Below, one piece after another: positions 20,236 through 30,036 of a stretch of DNA of 64,000 nucleotides. The notes below the pieces were generated by a model. That model ran no database searches, was not told the origin of the DNA, and saw only the letters and a list, made by a program, of their open reading frames with translations. Both the position numbers and the translations under genes were made by a program. Every line of letters starts with the position of its first letter. Within the stretch, counting starts at the first letter, position 1. Source of the DNA: a virus (lineage: Duplodnaviria > Heunggongvirae > Uroviricota > Caudoviricetes); IMG/VR virus record IMGVR_UViG_3300029846_000001; one strand, 5' to 3'.

Positions 20236-20552
20236 TTACTAAACAAGATATACAAGCAGCAGCATCGTATATTTTCCGAAGCAGTTTTGTCTCAGAAGAC
20301 CAGGCAAGGAAAGTAACGATAAGAGCCGGTAATAACGCTACCAAGAACCTTGTCAAGACCTTCAGAGGAAAGTTGTTCAAGAAGGCTTTTGGAAGAGCTC
20401 GTAGAGGAAAGGATATCAGTTCTTTTGAAAGACAAGAAAAAGAAAGTGGTTTTAATTTTCTTTATAATCCTAATAATGGTCGTATGCGAAGCGGTCATAT
20501 TATAATAGACGGAATTGGTCTGTTTAAACAAATAATAGAGTCGGGTACGTAA
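20232..20552 (+). CDS. hypothetical basic protein, 106 aa
   Basis: ORF; Lys/Arg-rich (KKAFGRARRGK). Confidence 0.5.
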   Translation: MITKQDIQAAASYIFRSSFVSEDQARKVTIRAGNNATKNLVKTFRGKLFKKAFGRARRGKDISSFERQEKESGFNFLYNPNNGRMRSGHIIIDGIGLFKQIIESGT

Positions 20553-20570
20553 GTTATCCGACTTTTTTAT
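20539..20570 (+). terminator. putative Rho-independent terminator (agtcgg...ccgact followed by tttttta)
   Basis: 6-bp stem overlapping the stop codon, followed by a T6 run. Confidence 0.45.
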
Positions 20571-20581
20571 ATATTTGTGGC

Positions 20582-20905
20582 ATGGCAAGAGGTTATTATT
20601 GGATACCACAAACAGATGAAACGTTAAATGGCAGAAGCTATTACGTGGCTAAGATAGTAGGAGATATCACGTTTGATACTAAACGAAAAAGAATCGTATT
20701 TCAAGCTGATAGGTATTTCCCTGTAGGATCTGTTTTCCATTTTACGCACAATTGCTTCAATTATATCATAACTTGCCGACTTCGTAAGCCGGGGCTTTGG
20801 TTTGAAGCCAGGAGAGAGGATTCGGGCCCTATTTGCCCTGAAGATATTGAGCGCTTTGAATCGGGAAGGTTTATACACCGAGATGGGTACATGCATTACA
20901 TATAA
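20582..20905 (+). CDS. hypothetical protein, 107 aa
   Basis: ORF between two terminator-like hairpins. Confidence 0.45.
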   Translation: MARGYYWIPQTDETLNGRSYYVAKIVGDITFDTKRKRIVFQADRYFPVGSVFHFTHNCFNYIITCRLRKPGLWFEARREDSGPICPEDIERFESGRFIHRDGYMHYI

Positions 20906-20958
20906 GCTGAACTTGACGATTTTTCGTCAGATTATAATTTTTTTATCATATCATTTTT

Positions 20959-20997
20959 AAGCCATCAGACTGAGAAGTTAGATGGCTTTATTTTTTA
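20959..20997 (+). terminator. putative Rho-independent terminator (aagccatc...gatggctt followed by tattttttat)
   Basis: 8-bp perfect stem 20959-20966 / 20981-20988 followed by a T-run. Confidence 0.5.
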
Positions 20998-21048
20998 TGA
21001 TATGCTTGATTTTTAACTACCTTTGTCTCATAACAAAAATGTTTTATC

Positions 21049-24000
21049 ATGGTATCAACGTGTATTATTAAAAGAGATAATAAAAAGAAAGTTGTTTCTG
21101 TCTCTACCAGATCAGGGGACAGGTCTATGTTGTTTGATAAGATAGCATCTATTCCTCTTATGGAGAACAGGGAACGGGCTACTACTGTTTTTAAAACCGT
21201 ATTTTCCAACAAGTTCTTAAAGGCTTTTGGCGACTGGAGAAAGAGAGTGCCTATCAACAAACAGGCTTATAATAAGGTAAAATCCAACATCGATCTTATC
21301 CCAGAAGCCTACAGAGAAAGGGTGCTGGATAAGGCTTCTAAGATGAGTAACCCTGTTCTTGTGTCAAAATCAGATGCACCTTATGAAATCCGAGAATCGG
21401 GCTTTGGATTTTACAGCCAAGATCTGGGTGATAATATTATGTTGGTAGATGCTATGGTCCCGTCAAGTATTTCCGTACCGGAAGAACCAGGAATAGACGC
21501 CGGGCAGTATTTACAAGATGCTATATCTTCGGACTTCACTCCCGTATCTGTGGTACAGGATAAGGGTGTTAATTATATGGTTATAAAAGACGGTCTTAAG
21601 ATATTTAGCCCAGAGGAGTTACCAGAAACAGATTCTAATCCTGTGGGTGTAACGTATCAGACCGGAGAGCCTCGTTTGTTTTTCATGAACGATCGTAGTC
21701 AATTATTTGAAGATTACGGAGAAGCTCTTCGCTCTGGCGGGAATGATATCAGAATAGGGTTCTTATCAGGCACCGTTCAGGAATCTGCCGTGGATGGCGT
21801 GGCAGACATTACTTACAAAGCTGGAAAGTATGTTCTTAATAATCTCAAATCTTTTATACCGGTCATGACCGCTTCTGCTTCTACTTCTTTATCAACAAAA
21901 GGTGGTATAATTAACTACCTTATAAAGAAAGGTCTTTTGTCCGGATCTAAGATATTCGATTCTGAAACAAGAAGCTATTATCTTACAGGAGAAGGTCATA
22001 CAGGACAAATTAGACTTTTCAATTCAGCCTTATCATACACCGAGCTCCGTAATCATTTTGGTTCCGATGTTTCCATGAACGACCAAGGTATGATAACCAT
22101 AAGCTCGTTGGATAATAGTAAGGTAACTATGAGACTCGCCACCGGAGGAACGGAAAGGGTTAGCAAAGAGCAGATAAAGAACGATCTTAAGTCGGGAAGA
22201 TACAATGAATTGGACGCCAAGTACGATCATTTTGATGCGCTTGTAGTTTCATTCATATTAGAAGACAACGATCTTTACGCTGATACTAAAGCTAAGATCG
22301 TATCAGATTATAGCAGGCAGGAACGTGATCAACGAAATTCTATTGTCGAGATACTGAAAACTCTTGGCGTTAGTGTCATAGGTATGACCGATTATATAGA
22401 GAAGTACCAAACCAAATACGGGCATGAACCTTCTGCTAAGGCATTGGCGGATATTGCCAATAACGTAATAGCAGTTGGTGAAGATGCTACTTTATCTGAT
22501 TTAGTAGAAGAAACAGCCCACTTCCTTGTAGAGGCATACAGAGATCAGAATGCTGTTGAGGCTGTTCTGCAAGATGTAGAAGGTACGGAAGAGTGGAACC
22601 AGTATGCAGGTCAGTATTATAATACATACGGTAAAGCGTATGAAGGAGCTGAGCTTGATAATGCTGTTAGGAGAGAAATTCTTGGAAAGATCCTCGCCAG
22701 GGAGATGCAGACCGGCACAGCACAGGCGCCGGTAGAGCCCACCTCCTTCCTGGGGCGCGTCCGGCGGCTTTTCTCTGGAATAGTAAGCTGGCTTAAATCA
22801 GCTTTATCAACCCAAAGACAAGATTTGAATAACGTTATTAAAAACATTCGTGATCTTGCCATTACTGACATAGATAAAGGATTTGACACTTCTCTGTTAA
22901 AGGATAATGACTTTACATTATACTCCCTTTCTTCTATGAACAAGAACAAGTTTCTTGAGTCTAAGATCAGATCGCTAAGAAAAACATTAAGAGACTTACG
23001 TCAGATAAGCTCTGATAGGGCTGTAACTACGTCTATGACCCTTGCGCAGCTTAAGACCATAGAAGATAAGATAAATAAGGTAGAGACCGAAATAGACAAG
23101 AATGAGATGGCGGCTGCCATGAACAGCATGATCTCTACAGCCGAAGCTCAGGTCAGATACTTAAGCAATGTGGTGAACACCATCCTTCATGGTGATACCA
23201 AAGACGGCAAGCTTCATTTCAATACCAATGATCGAAAGAACGTAGATATTATCAACAATCAGGTTCTTCCGATCATGAACGATCTTCGAGGATATATCCG
23301 TAACAGAAGTACCGAATTTGATGAACGTGAAAAGCAGGATTATACAAATAGGATCAATACCGTCATTGCCGACATCAATGGTATTCAGTCTGATATTAAA
23401 TCAGTACAAGACCTTGATGAAAGCACGTTGCTTGATAAGTTAATGAACGAACTTCATGTGCCGGCAGATAAGGTAAAGAGAGTAAAAGAATTTTTCGACA
23501 AGGTTCAACACGATGTTTCTTGGATAAGTAGGTGGTTTGGTATATTAGAGCATTCTTCCAGTCCGTTCAATAACGCTCTTGGAGCTATGATTGCCAAAGA
23601 CAATTACAATGCGATGGTGAATGCCCAGCCCGCCATATCCGATTTCCTGGCATATGCGAAAAAGCATGGTTTTAACAAATCTGAATTTGAAAAACTGCTT
23701 CAGAAAGTAGATGGCAAAACTTCTAATTACCTTCGTAGTGCTCTTGATATGGCTAAATACGATCGTAATAAGAAGCTGGCGCAGATGCGAGCGTTTGCGA
23801 CTGCCATGAACATAGAGATATCAGAAGAAGAAATTGGTGATGTGGTTGACAATAACCGTAATTACGTATTTAAAAGAGAAGTAGTTGACAAGGATGGAAA
23901 TACGGTTACTGAAAACGCTAAATTCAAACCATCGTCTGATAGAGTTAATACCGATATTTTTACCATCGAGCAGGAAAAGATCTATACAGAGCAGATGGAA

Positions 24001-27000
24001 AAGTGGGATGCTGAAAATTCGGAACTGGAATTTAGCGAAAGTTATGCCACAAGAATGGAATCCATATACAAAAAGGCTGAAGAAGAATTAGGGCATCCGG
24101 TTTCTCAAACAACCAAAGAATACCTTAATGCTCTATCCAGGCAAAAACGGATATTGAGGCAGCCTTTTATTGATAGCGGTGGTAATTTTGATGAGGTTGC
24201 CTATTTTAAAAGCAGCAATTACGAAGAAGAAGGACTGCTTCGTAAACAACGTAAGGAAGCAGCTTCAGAATACATATATGTAGGAACCAGGAGAGTGGAA
24301 AAAACCGGCGACCAACTTAAGATGGCTAAAGAAATACAAGCTATAAATGAAGTTTGGAGAAAGGAATCAAATAATGTTACCAATGCCGTATCAGAATCGT
24401 TTTTGCAAAAATTAAGAACGATTCAGAGCGAGTCGGGAGGAGAAGCTGCGCTGAAGACACTTATGTTGGGAGGTCACCTGTCGTTCAATGATCGGTTTTG
24501 GAATGAAGTAGAATCGGAACAGTCGGCGCGTACCGAATCAAATAACAAGGCTTCGTATCTTAAAATGGCGCATGATATCATTAGTTCTACGACAAGTGAT
24601 AGAGATGCGACTGACGTGGATTCGATTGTGAAAGATATAGAAAAAAATAAGGCCATTATCAAGGAAATAATCGGAAACAACCGAGATGTGGCTGATATCG
24701 GAGAAATTAACGAAGCGACATTTACCTCATCTGAAAGAGATGCTTTTAGGGCCGCATCTGAAGCTATTGAAGCTGATTACGCTATCTTAATAGATTATGC
24801 TAAGATGGTGGGTCTTGAAGATATTGATAAGTACCTTACTAAAAGCAGTAAGGCCGAAAACGAAGTAAATCAGTCTTATTTAAATGCTCTTGCTGACTCC
24901 AAGGAAGTGGAATGGAAGTTCGTACAACGTCATACTACGGCGAAGAAAGCAAAAAGGATTCAGGCTTTAAGGGATAAGCTGTTTAAGGCTGCTGATAACC
25001 GATATCTGTTTACCGTATCTGAAACCAACTACCTGTCAGAAAAGCTTGGTATAAGCAAAGAATTAGACGGTAGAGATTTCAGGAATGCTGTTAATGCTAA
25101 GATGGCCAGCTTGTTTTTAAATAATACAAGAGAAGAGGGCATAGAAGAGACCAATGCTATTGTTAATGAATTTGCCAGGAGCCAGGTCTTTTCGTACTAT
25201 AAACGCATGGCGCCTACCGGATATGCGGCCATGATCGACAAAATAGGTCGAGGTGAGATAGATGTGGCGCAGATGGTTAAGGACGTACAAAACGGTACAT
25301 CCACCCAAGATTATGGCATGGACATATCGTACCTGTCTTTCGACCCTGCAAGGGCATGGGTGGCTGAATCTGAAGCCGAAAATAGCGGTCGTAATCCTGA
25401 TTATGTAAAAGATCATGGGTATGGTCATCGCATGCCTAAGAAAAGCCTGTATCGTGATGAATCGTATCTCAATGACTTTGGTATCAAGTATGATGCTGAC
25501 GGTAATGAAGTTGCTACTAAAAACGTAGAGCAGTGGAATATGATTCAAAAACTCAAGGAAATAAAAAGACAATCCCTTGATCTATACAAAGAGCAGAGTC
25601 CCAATTTGTATGCTATTCCACAGATATCAAAACAAGACATAGAACGTATGGAAGGATTGGGTATTAACTTCAAAAATACGGTTCGTAATTTTGTATCAGA
25701 TCTGTGCCTGGACAGAGTAGACGATTCTCTATATGGTAAGACCAGGCAAGGGGAAGTATATGATCCGGAAGACAGACTTAGGTCTATACCTAAATACTAC
25801 ATATATGAGTTGGAGAACCAAGATGATGTATCTCACGATTTTGGCTACTCTTATTCGATGCTTATGATGCAGTCATCGTTATATAACGAAAAGCAGAAGT
25901 CTATAGAGCTTGCCCAAGGACTGGAGCAGATGTTACTGAATAAACAATTTGAAGGCGGTAAGAAGGCTGAAGCAACCCAAGCATATCAGATGTTCAGGGA
26001 CTTCTTCAACGATCATTATTATGGCATTAGGATGAACACCAAAAAACTTACGGTGAACATCGGAGGATATACGGTAGACCTTACAAGAATTATGATGGCT
26101 GTTGAAAGATTTATGTCGGTTATGAACTTGGCACTGTCTCCGTTTGTGGCAGCTACCGGCGCCCTGACAGGTCATATCAACCTCATCATGGAATCTGCCG
26201 TAGGACAGTATATAAGCAAAGACTCCCTTAAATACGCATCGGCTGAGTTTTCACGTCTTGCGCCATCTTGTATAGCAGAAACCGGAGACATAGATAGGAA
26301 AAGCAAATTATATGTCATAGGTGAGAGAATGGGGATATTCAATATCCGAAATCGTATGTATGGTGCCGGATACAATAGAGCAGCCAGGACCTTAATGCGT
26401 TCGCCTATGTATGCTTTTATGGAAATCCTGAACTACCCTCTTGATCCGCAGGTTATGATTGCTACTATGGACAATGTTCGTTATTACAAAGGCCGGTTCT
26501 ATACGTTCCAAGATTTCAAGATGGAAAAAGAACGTAATAAAGAACAGAGTACCATAAAAAGAGAATGGAACGCATTAAAAGATCGTACTTTATGGAGTAT
26601 GGTAGATGTCGTGGATGGGAAGGTGGTTGTAAAGCCCGGATCGGGTGTTACTGTTGAGGAAGTTGAAACCCAGATGGCTATAACCAGAAATCAGGTTCGT
26701 AGCTTGTCACAGATATGTAACGGATCTTTGAATGAAGAAAACCGAACTGCCGCATCGCGCAACTGGATAGCCAGGTTCATGACCGCCCACCGAGGATGGT
26801 TGGTGCTGGCGGCTCAACGTCTGTGGAAAAGACGTGGCTTCAATTTCCAGACAATGCAAGAAGAGGAAGGGTTGTCAATTACGTTAAAGAATATGATAGC
26901 CAAAACATTTAGCCTGGCTTCCGAGTCTGGTATGAAAAACATCATAGATGCCTGGAACGAAAATAAAGACAATATGAATGAGGTAGAAAAAACTAATCTC

Positions 27001-27471
27001 AAACGCCTCAGTGTCTATGCCGGCACGTTTCTTATCATGCAAGCCGTATCTATGCTTCTTGCCGGATGGCGTGATGATGATGAAAACGAAGAAAGTTGGC
27101 TTACTCAATTTGGATCCTATGTCGGATTCAGAACCATAAACGAAATAGCTTCACAGATGCCGTTTATTATGGAGCTTAACGTGGTAGATATCATTAACGA
27201 TCCGTTTGTTATGGGGCGAAAACTGAAGGATCTTACCGATCTTAGGAATTATTCACTTGATAAAGTAACATCCGGTACATACAAGGGAGAGTCTAAGTTA
27301 TTTAGGCAACTCGCCAAACAGACGTTTATCAAACAATGGTATAATATCAAGACGCCGGAAGACGTAGCGCGCGCCTATAATTGGTGGCAGCAGACGAACA
27401 ACAAGTCAATGATGTTCTTCATCGGCGCTACTCCTGATTCGGAAGGGGACGATGATGTTAGCTACAAGTAG
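21049..27471 (+). CDS. giant hypothetical protein, 2140 aa (virion/tail/ejected protein; coiled-coil-rich, hydrophobic C-terminal segments)
   Basis: 2140-aa uninterrupted ORF; long helical/coiled-coil stretches; C-terminal hydrophobic helices (TFLIMQAVSMLLAGW); followed by a strong terminator. Confidence 0.85.
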   Translation: MVSTCIIKRDNKKKVVSVSTRSGDRSMLFDKIASIPLMENRERATTVFKTVFSNKFLKAFGDWRKRVPINKQAYNKVKSNIDLIPEAYRERVLDKASKMSNPVLVSKSDAPYEIRESGFGFYSQDLGDNIMLVDAMVPSSISVPEEPGIDAGQYLQDAISSDFTPVSVVQDKGVNYMVIKDGLKIFSPEELPETDSNPVGVTYQTGEPRLFFMNDRSQLFEDYGEALRSGGNDIRIGFLSGTVQESAVDGVADITYKAGKYVLNNLKSFIPVMTASASTSLSTKGGIINYLIKKGLLSGSKIFDSETRSYYLTGEGHTGQIRLFNSALSYTELRNHFGSDVSMNDQGMITISSLDNSKVTMRLATGGTERVSKEQIKNDLKSGRYNELDAKYDHFDALVVSFILEDNDLYADTKAKIVSDYSRQERDQRNSIVEILKTLGVSVIGMTDYIEKYQTKYGHEPSAKALADIANNVIAVGEDATLSDLVEETAHFLVEAYRDQNAVEAVLQDVEGTEEWNQYAGQYYNTYGKAYEGAELDNAVRREILGKILAREMQTGTAQAPVEPTSFLGRVRRLFSGIVSWLKSALSTQRQDLNNVIKNIRDLAITDIDKGFDTSLLKDNDFTLYSLSSMNKNKFLESKIRSLRKTLRDLRQISSDRAVTTSMTLAQLKTIEDKINKVETEIDKNEMAAAMNSMISTAEAQVRYLSNVVNTILHGDTKDGKLHFNTNDRKNVDIINNQVLPIMNDLRGYIRNRSTEFDEREKQDYTNRINTVIADINGIQSDIKSVQDLDESTLLDKLMNELHVPADKVKRVKEFFDKVQHDVSWISRWFGILEHSSSPFNNALGAMIAKDNYNAMVNAQPAISDFLAYAKKHGFNKSEFEKLLQKVDGKTSNYLRSALDMAKYDRNKKLAQMRAFATAMNIEISEEEIGDVVDNNRNYVFKREVVDKDGNTVTENAKFKPSSDRVNTDIFTIEQEKIYTEQMEKWDAENSELEFSESYATRMESIYKKAEEELGHPVSQTTKEYLNALSRQKRILRQPFIDSGGNFDEVAYFKSSNYEEEGLLRKQRKEAASEYIYVGTRRVEKTGDQLKMAKEIQAINEVWRKESNNVTNAVSESFLQKLRTIQSESGGEAALKTLMLGGHLSFNDRFWNEVESEQSARTESNNKASYLKMAHDIISSTTSDRDATDVDSIVKDIEKNKAIIKEIIGNNRDVADIGEINEATFTSSERDAFRAASEAIEADYAILIDYAKMVGLEDIDKYLTKSSKAENEVNQSYLNALADSKEVEWKFVQRHTTAKKAKRIQALRDKLFKAADNRYLFTVSETNYLSEKLGISKELDGRDFRNAVNAKMASLFLNNTREEGIEETNAIVNEFARSQVFSYYKRMAPTGYAAMIDKIGRGEIDVAQMVKDVQNGTSTQDYGMDISYLSFDPARAWVAESEAENSGRNPDYVKDHGYGHRMPKKSLYRDESYLNDFGIKYDADGNEVATKNVEQWNMIQKLKEIKRQSLDLYKEQSPNLYAIPQISKQDIERMEGLGINFKNTVRNFVSDLCLDRVDDSLYGKTRQGEVYDPEDRLRSIPKYYIYELENQDDVSHDFGYSYSMLMMQSSLYNEKQKSIELAQGLEQMLLNKQFEGGKKAEATQAYQMFRDFFNDHYYGIRMNTKKLTVNIGGYTVDLTRIMMAVERFMSVMNLALSPFVAATGALTGHINLIMESAVGQYISKDSLKYASAEFSRLAPSCIAETGDIDRKSKLYVIGERMGIFNIRNRMYGAGYNRAARTLMRSPMYAFMEILNYPLDPQVMIATMDNVRYYKGRFYTFQDFKMEKERNKEQSTIKREWNALKDRTLWSMVDVVDGKVVVKPGSGVTVEEVETQMAITRNQVRSLSQICNGSLNEENRTAASRNWIARFMTAHRGWLVLAAQRLWKRRGFNFQTMQEEEGLSITLKNMIAKTFSLASESGMKNIIDAWNENKDNMNEVEKTNLKRLSVYAGTFLIMQAVSMLLAGWRDDDENEESWLTQFGSYVGFRTINEIASQMPFIMELNVVDIINDPFVMGRKLKDLTDLRNYSLDKVTSGTYKGESKLFRQLAKQTFIKQWYNIKTPEDVARAYNWWQQTNNKSMMFFIGATPDSEGDDDVSYK

Positions 27472-27607
27472 ACGAAGAATATCGGACTTGCATTGTTTTT
27501 GTATGATTCCAATATGCTATATTAGCATCGTCAAAGAGTAGATTGTACGTTTTTTGTTCTTACTTGAAAGATTATGTAGGTTTAATTTTTTCTGAAATTG
27601 TTTTCTT

Positions 27608-27650
27608 ACCGGTTCTCAGTCATAGATGATAGGGAACCGGTTTCTTTTAT
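27608..27650 (+). terminator. Rho-independent terminator (accggttc...gaaccggt followed by ttcttttat)
   Basis: 8-bp perfect stem 27608-27615 / 27634-27641 followed by a T-run. Confidence 0.5.
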
Positions 27651-27684
27651 GTTGTCAATTATTGCTATCTTGCAAACAAAAATC

Positions 27685-28099
27685 ATGAGACGAAGATTTC
27701 AAATAGGGATGGGGGGTAAATCCCTCGCTTATAATCAATAAAGGCATATATATCCAACATGTAGACGGAGGATTATATACGAAAGAAAATTGGTCTAATA
27801 AAGGATATTCCAATAATCTATGCAATGGAATAGCTCTTGTAGATAAAGTGTGTTTTGTTATAGCCACCGAATATATTGGCACATTTCGTTGGGGTAAGGA
27901 TGGAGAAATAGACAATATATTTGCACAAGATAGTTCTAATATGGGAACTATTAAAAAGGATTATTGGGGGCGTGAAAATCAGAATGCGTATCTTGAATAT
28001 GATACCAGTAATACAGATTACGCTTTTAATAAAGCTAATAGCTATTTATTTAAAAATGGTCAAAATGGATATGTAGGTGGCGCCGGAGAGTTTTTTTGA
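27685..28099 (+). CDS. MRRR-leader family member 3, split by a G6 homopolymer: MRRRFQIGMGGKSLAYNQ* in frame 1; a -1 shift at 27711-27716 joins it to the 27848-28099 ORF (total about 137 aa)
   Basis: ATGAGACGAAGATTT start like the other family members; a 6-G run immediately after codon 9; the downstream frame is open from a TAG that overlaps the G-run through to 28099. Confidence 0.4.
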
Positions 28100-28302
28100 T
28101 ATCATTGTATGCGAATGAAATAAACGAATGCCTTTTAATGGTAGGAGGTACGATAATGAGTAATAGAATGTGGACATCCACTCGAAATACAAAATTTTCC
28201 TATTCGTGGTATTATGATATAAACATCCAAGGAGACCATTTGGATACAGGTTCAAGGGATAGTTCACATTATGTCCGCCCTTTTACTGAATTAATTTTAT
28301 GA
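28096..28302 (+). CDS. hypothetical protein, 68 aa (TTG start in track; internal ATG possible)
   Basis: ORF only. Confidence 0.3.
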   Translation: MISLYANEINECLLMVGGTIMSNRMWTSTRNTKFSYSWYYDINIQGDHLDTGSRDSSHYVRPFTELIL

Positions 28303-28306
28303 AATT

Positions 28307-28756
28307 ATGAGAAGAAGATTTGAAAATATTAAGACAGTTGCCGGCGTCAAGATCCCTGTTTTTGCTTGTTCGATTTCGGCCCCTACAACCACATGGCGAA
28401 ATCCTGTACCTATTCTTGGTTGTAGATACCGATCTAATGGAGCAACTATGGCGGCTTCCTATGTTTTAGATGAAATTAATAATAGCAAGGTATGTACGAT
28501 GGGCGGTAATCCTATAAGTTGTACGATATCAAATTCTGGACAATATATCCAGGCTTACTTTAATGAAGGACAGGTAACAGGTGATATTATATTACAGTTT
28601 ACGATTGGAGACGTTTTTTATTATTTCTTTATTACAGAAGGATCCAATCAAGTACCTCAACTGAAATTAAGTCCAAGTACTCACCTTATTCATTCAATAT
28701 ATAAGATAAGTACAATTGGCAGCTTTGTCCCTATTGATACCTATGTGGAATTATAA
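28307..28756 (+). CDS. small protein with MRRRF N-terminus (MRRR-leader family member 4), 149 aa
   Basis: N-terminus MRRRFENIKT; Cys-containing, beta-rich composition. Confidence 0.55.
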   Translation: MRRRFENIKTVAGVKIPVFACSISAPTTTWRNPVPILGCRYRSNGATMAASYVLDEINNSKVCTMGGNPISCTISNSGQYIQAYFNEGQVTGDIILQFTIGDVFYYFFITEGSNQVPQLKLSPSTHLIHSIYKISTIGSFVPIDTYVEL

Positions 28757-28822
28757 TAAAAGATATAAAAATAGTAATAAAATGTATTAGTATAAGATAA
28801 GACGGTTATTAATCATATATTA

Positions 28823-28867
28823 CAATAATCCCCAACCGTACACCTATTGTATGGCCGGGGATTATTG
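28823..28867. terminator. bidirectional terminator-like hairpin between convergent gene blocks (11-bp perfect inverted repeat caataatcccc / ggggattattg)
   Basis: Lies exactly between the end of the plus-strand block (28756) and the end of the minus-strand block (28871). Confidence 0.4.
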
Positions 28868-28870
28868 TAG

Positions 28871-29128
28871 TTACCATCTTCTCTTGTAACAAGAGTCCAC
28901 TACCTTTACCTTTTCTTCTTTGTTCTTACCATAATTAAATTCATACGCATCTTCGAATGAATAAAAAACAGCATAACGCGCCATGCCAAACATATCGTAT
29001 TTTATTCCGTTTTTCCATTTCCCAAAAATGTTTTGATATTGGCACCAATATTCTACCTCCCCATTAGTTGATTTCCTTTCAACTATTCTAAGAAGAATAT
29101 GAAATAAGTTCCTAAGCATCAACTTCAT
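28871..29128 (-). CDS. hypothetical protein, 85 aa
   Basis: ORF, last gene of the minus-strand block. Confidence 0.45.
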   Translation of the reverse strand: MKLMLRNLFHILLRIVERKSTNGEVEYWCQYQNIFGKWKNGIKYDMFGMARYAVFYSFEDAYEFNYGKNKEEKVKVVDSCYKRRW

Positions 29129-29600
29129 GACCTTCCCTATCTGTGAAAACTAAACCAATACCTTCTATAATATATCCTACTACAGGGGCTTTGTCAAATT
29201 CCTCCTTCGTAGCCCAAGTAGCATTATCAGGCATCAGATCCTTAAATGCATCCGAAACATCACCCTGACACCAGCAATTGTTTGATGCAACAATGCCTTT
29301 CCCTTCGATATTGATATACATTTTTCTTCCACCACATCCAAGGCTGTTCCATCCACTCGGTACGTTTTCCACCATAGGCTTAAGCACCCAGCTTTCACCG
29401 TCTATCCTAACCCATCCCGGATCGTCTTTGTGTTTGTCGTACATATTTTGCCAAAAAGAGCATTCGTAGCACCATCCCTTGTCTTCCATGATAGTTCTTA
29501 TCTCACACCTTTCAAATCCATCTGCATCCATCGTGTGCGGAGAATGAGGCTGGTGAGGGGTGCCACATTTTGGGCATACGAGTTTTAAATTATTTTCCAT
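29112..29600 (-). CDS. hypothetical Cys-rich protein, 162 aa
   Basis: CPKCG...C.YEC motifs suggest metal binding. Confidence 0.5.
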   Translation of the reverse strand: MENNLKLVCPKCGTPHQPHSPHTMDADGFERCEIRTIMEDKGWCYECSFWQNMYDKHKDDPGWVRIDGESWVLKPMVENVPSGWNSLGCGGRKMYINIEGKGIVASNNCWCQGDVSDAFKDLMPDNATWATKEEFDKAPVVGYIIEGIGLVFTDREGHEVDA

Positions 29601-29601
29601 A

Positions 29602-29838
29602 TTATTTCACTTTTACGATCTTAATAGAATCTCCGATATTGTATTCCCCTTGGCGTCCAACGAATTTTATAAGCCTATTATTATAAAATATTGAAATTCT
29701 TTCGTCTTCACCATAATACATTATACATCCATCTTCTAAAGGACGTAGATCATATATAACCCATCCGTTATTAACCTGACTATCATCATGCGAACATGAT
29801 GATAACACAAGTGCCATCAATAAAATAAAATACCTCAT
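29602..29838 (-). CDS. putative lipoprotein, 78 aa
   Basis: N-terminus MRYFILLMALVLSSC resembles a lipoprotein signal peptide with lipobox Cys. Confidence 0.5.
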   Translation of the reverse strand: MRYFILLMALVLSSCSHDDSQVNNGWVIYDLRPLEDGCIMYYGEDERISIFYNNRLIKFVGRQGEYNIGDSIKIVKVK

Positions 29839-29844
29839 ATTTTT

Positions 29845-30036
29845 TCAACATAAAAATTTATAACCTGTTTTTACTGCTTCCGCTTCTTCTCTTGTATCAA
29901 ACATTAAGGTAGTGACAGCTCCTATGCCTTCACAAACGTAAGATACTTTTACCCACCACCTAAAAATCCCAGAGCCGTAATCATCATAGTACGGCTCGGA
30001 AAGAACTTCTTCTACATACCCATCCAAATAATTCAC
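29845..30036 (-). CDS. hypothetical protein, 63 aa
   Basis: ORF tiled in block. Confidence 0.4.
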   Translation of the reverse strand: MNYLDGYVEEVLSEPYYDDYGSGIFRWWVKVSYVCEGIGAVTTLMFDTREEAEAVKTGYKFLC

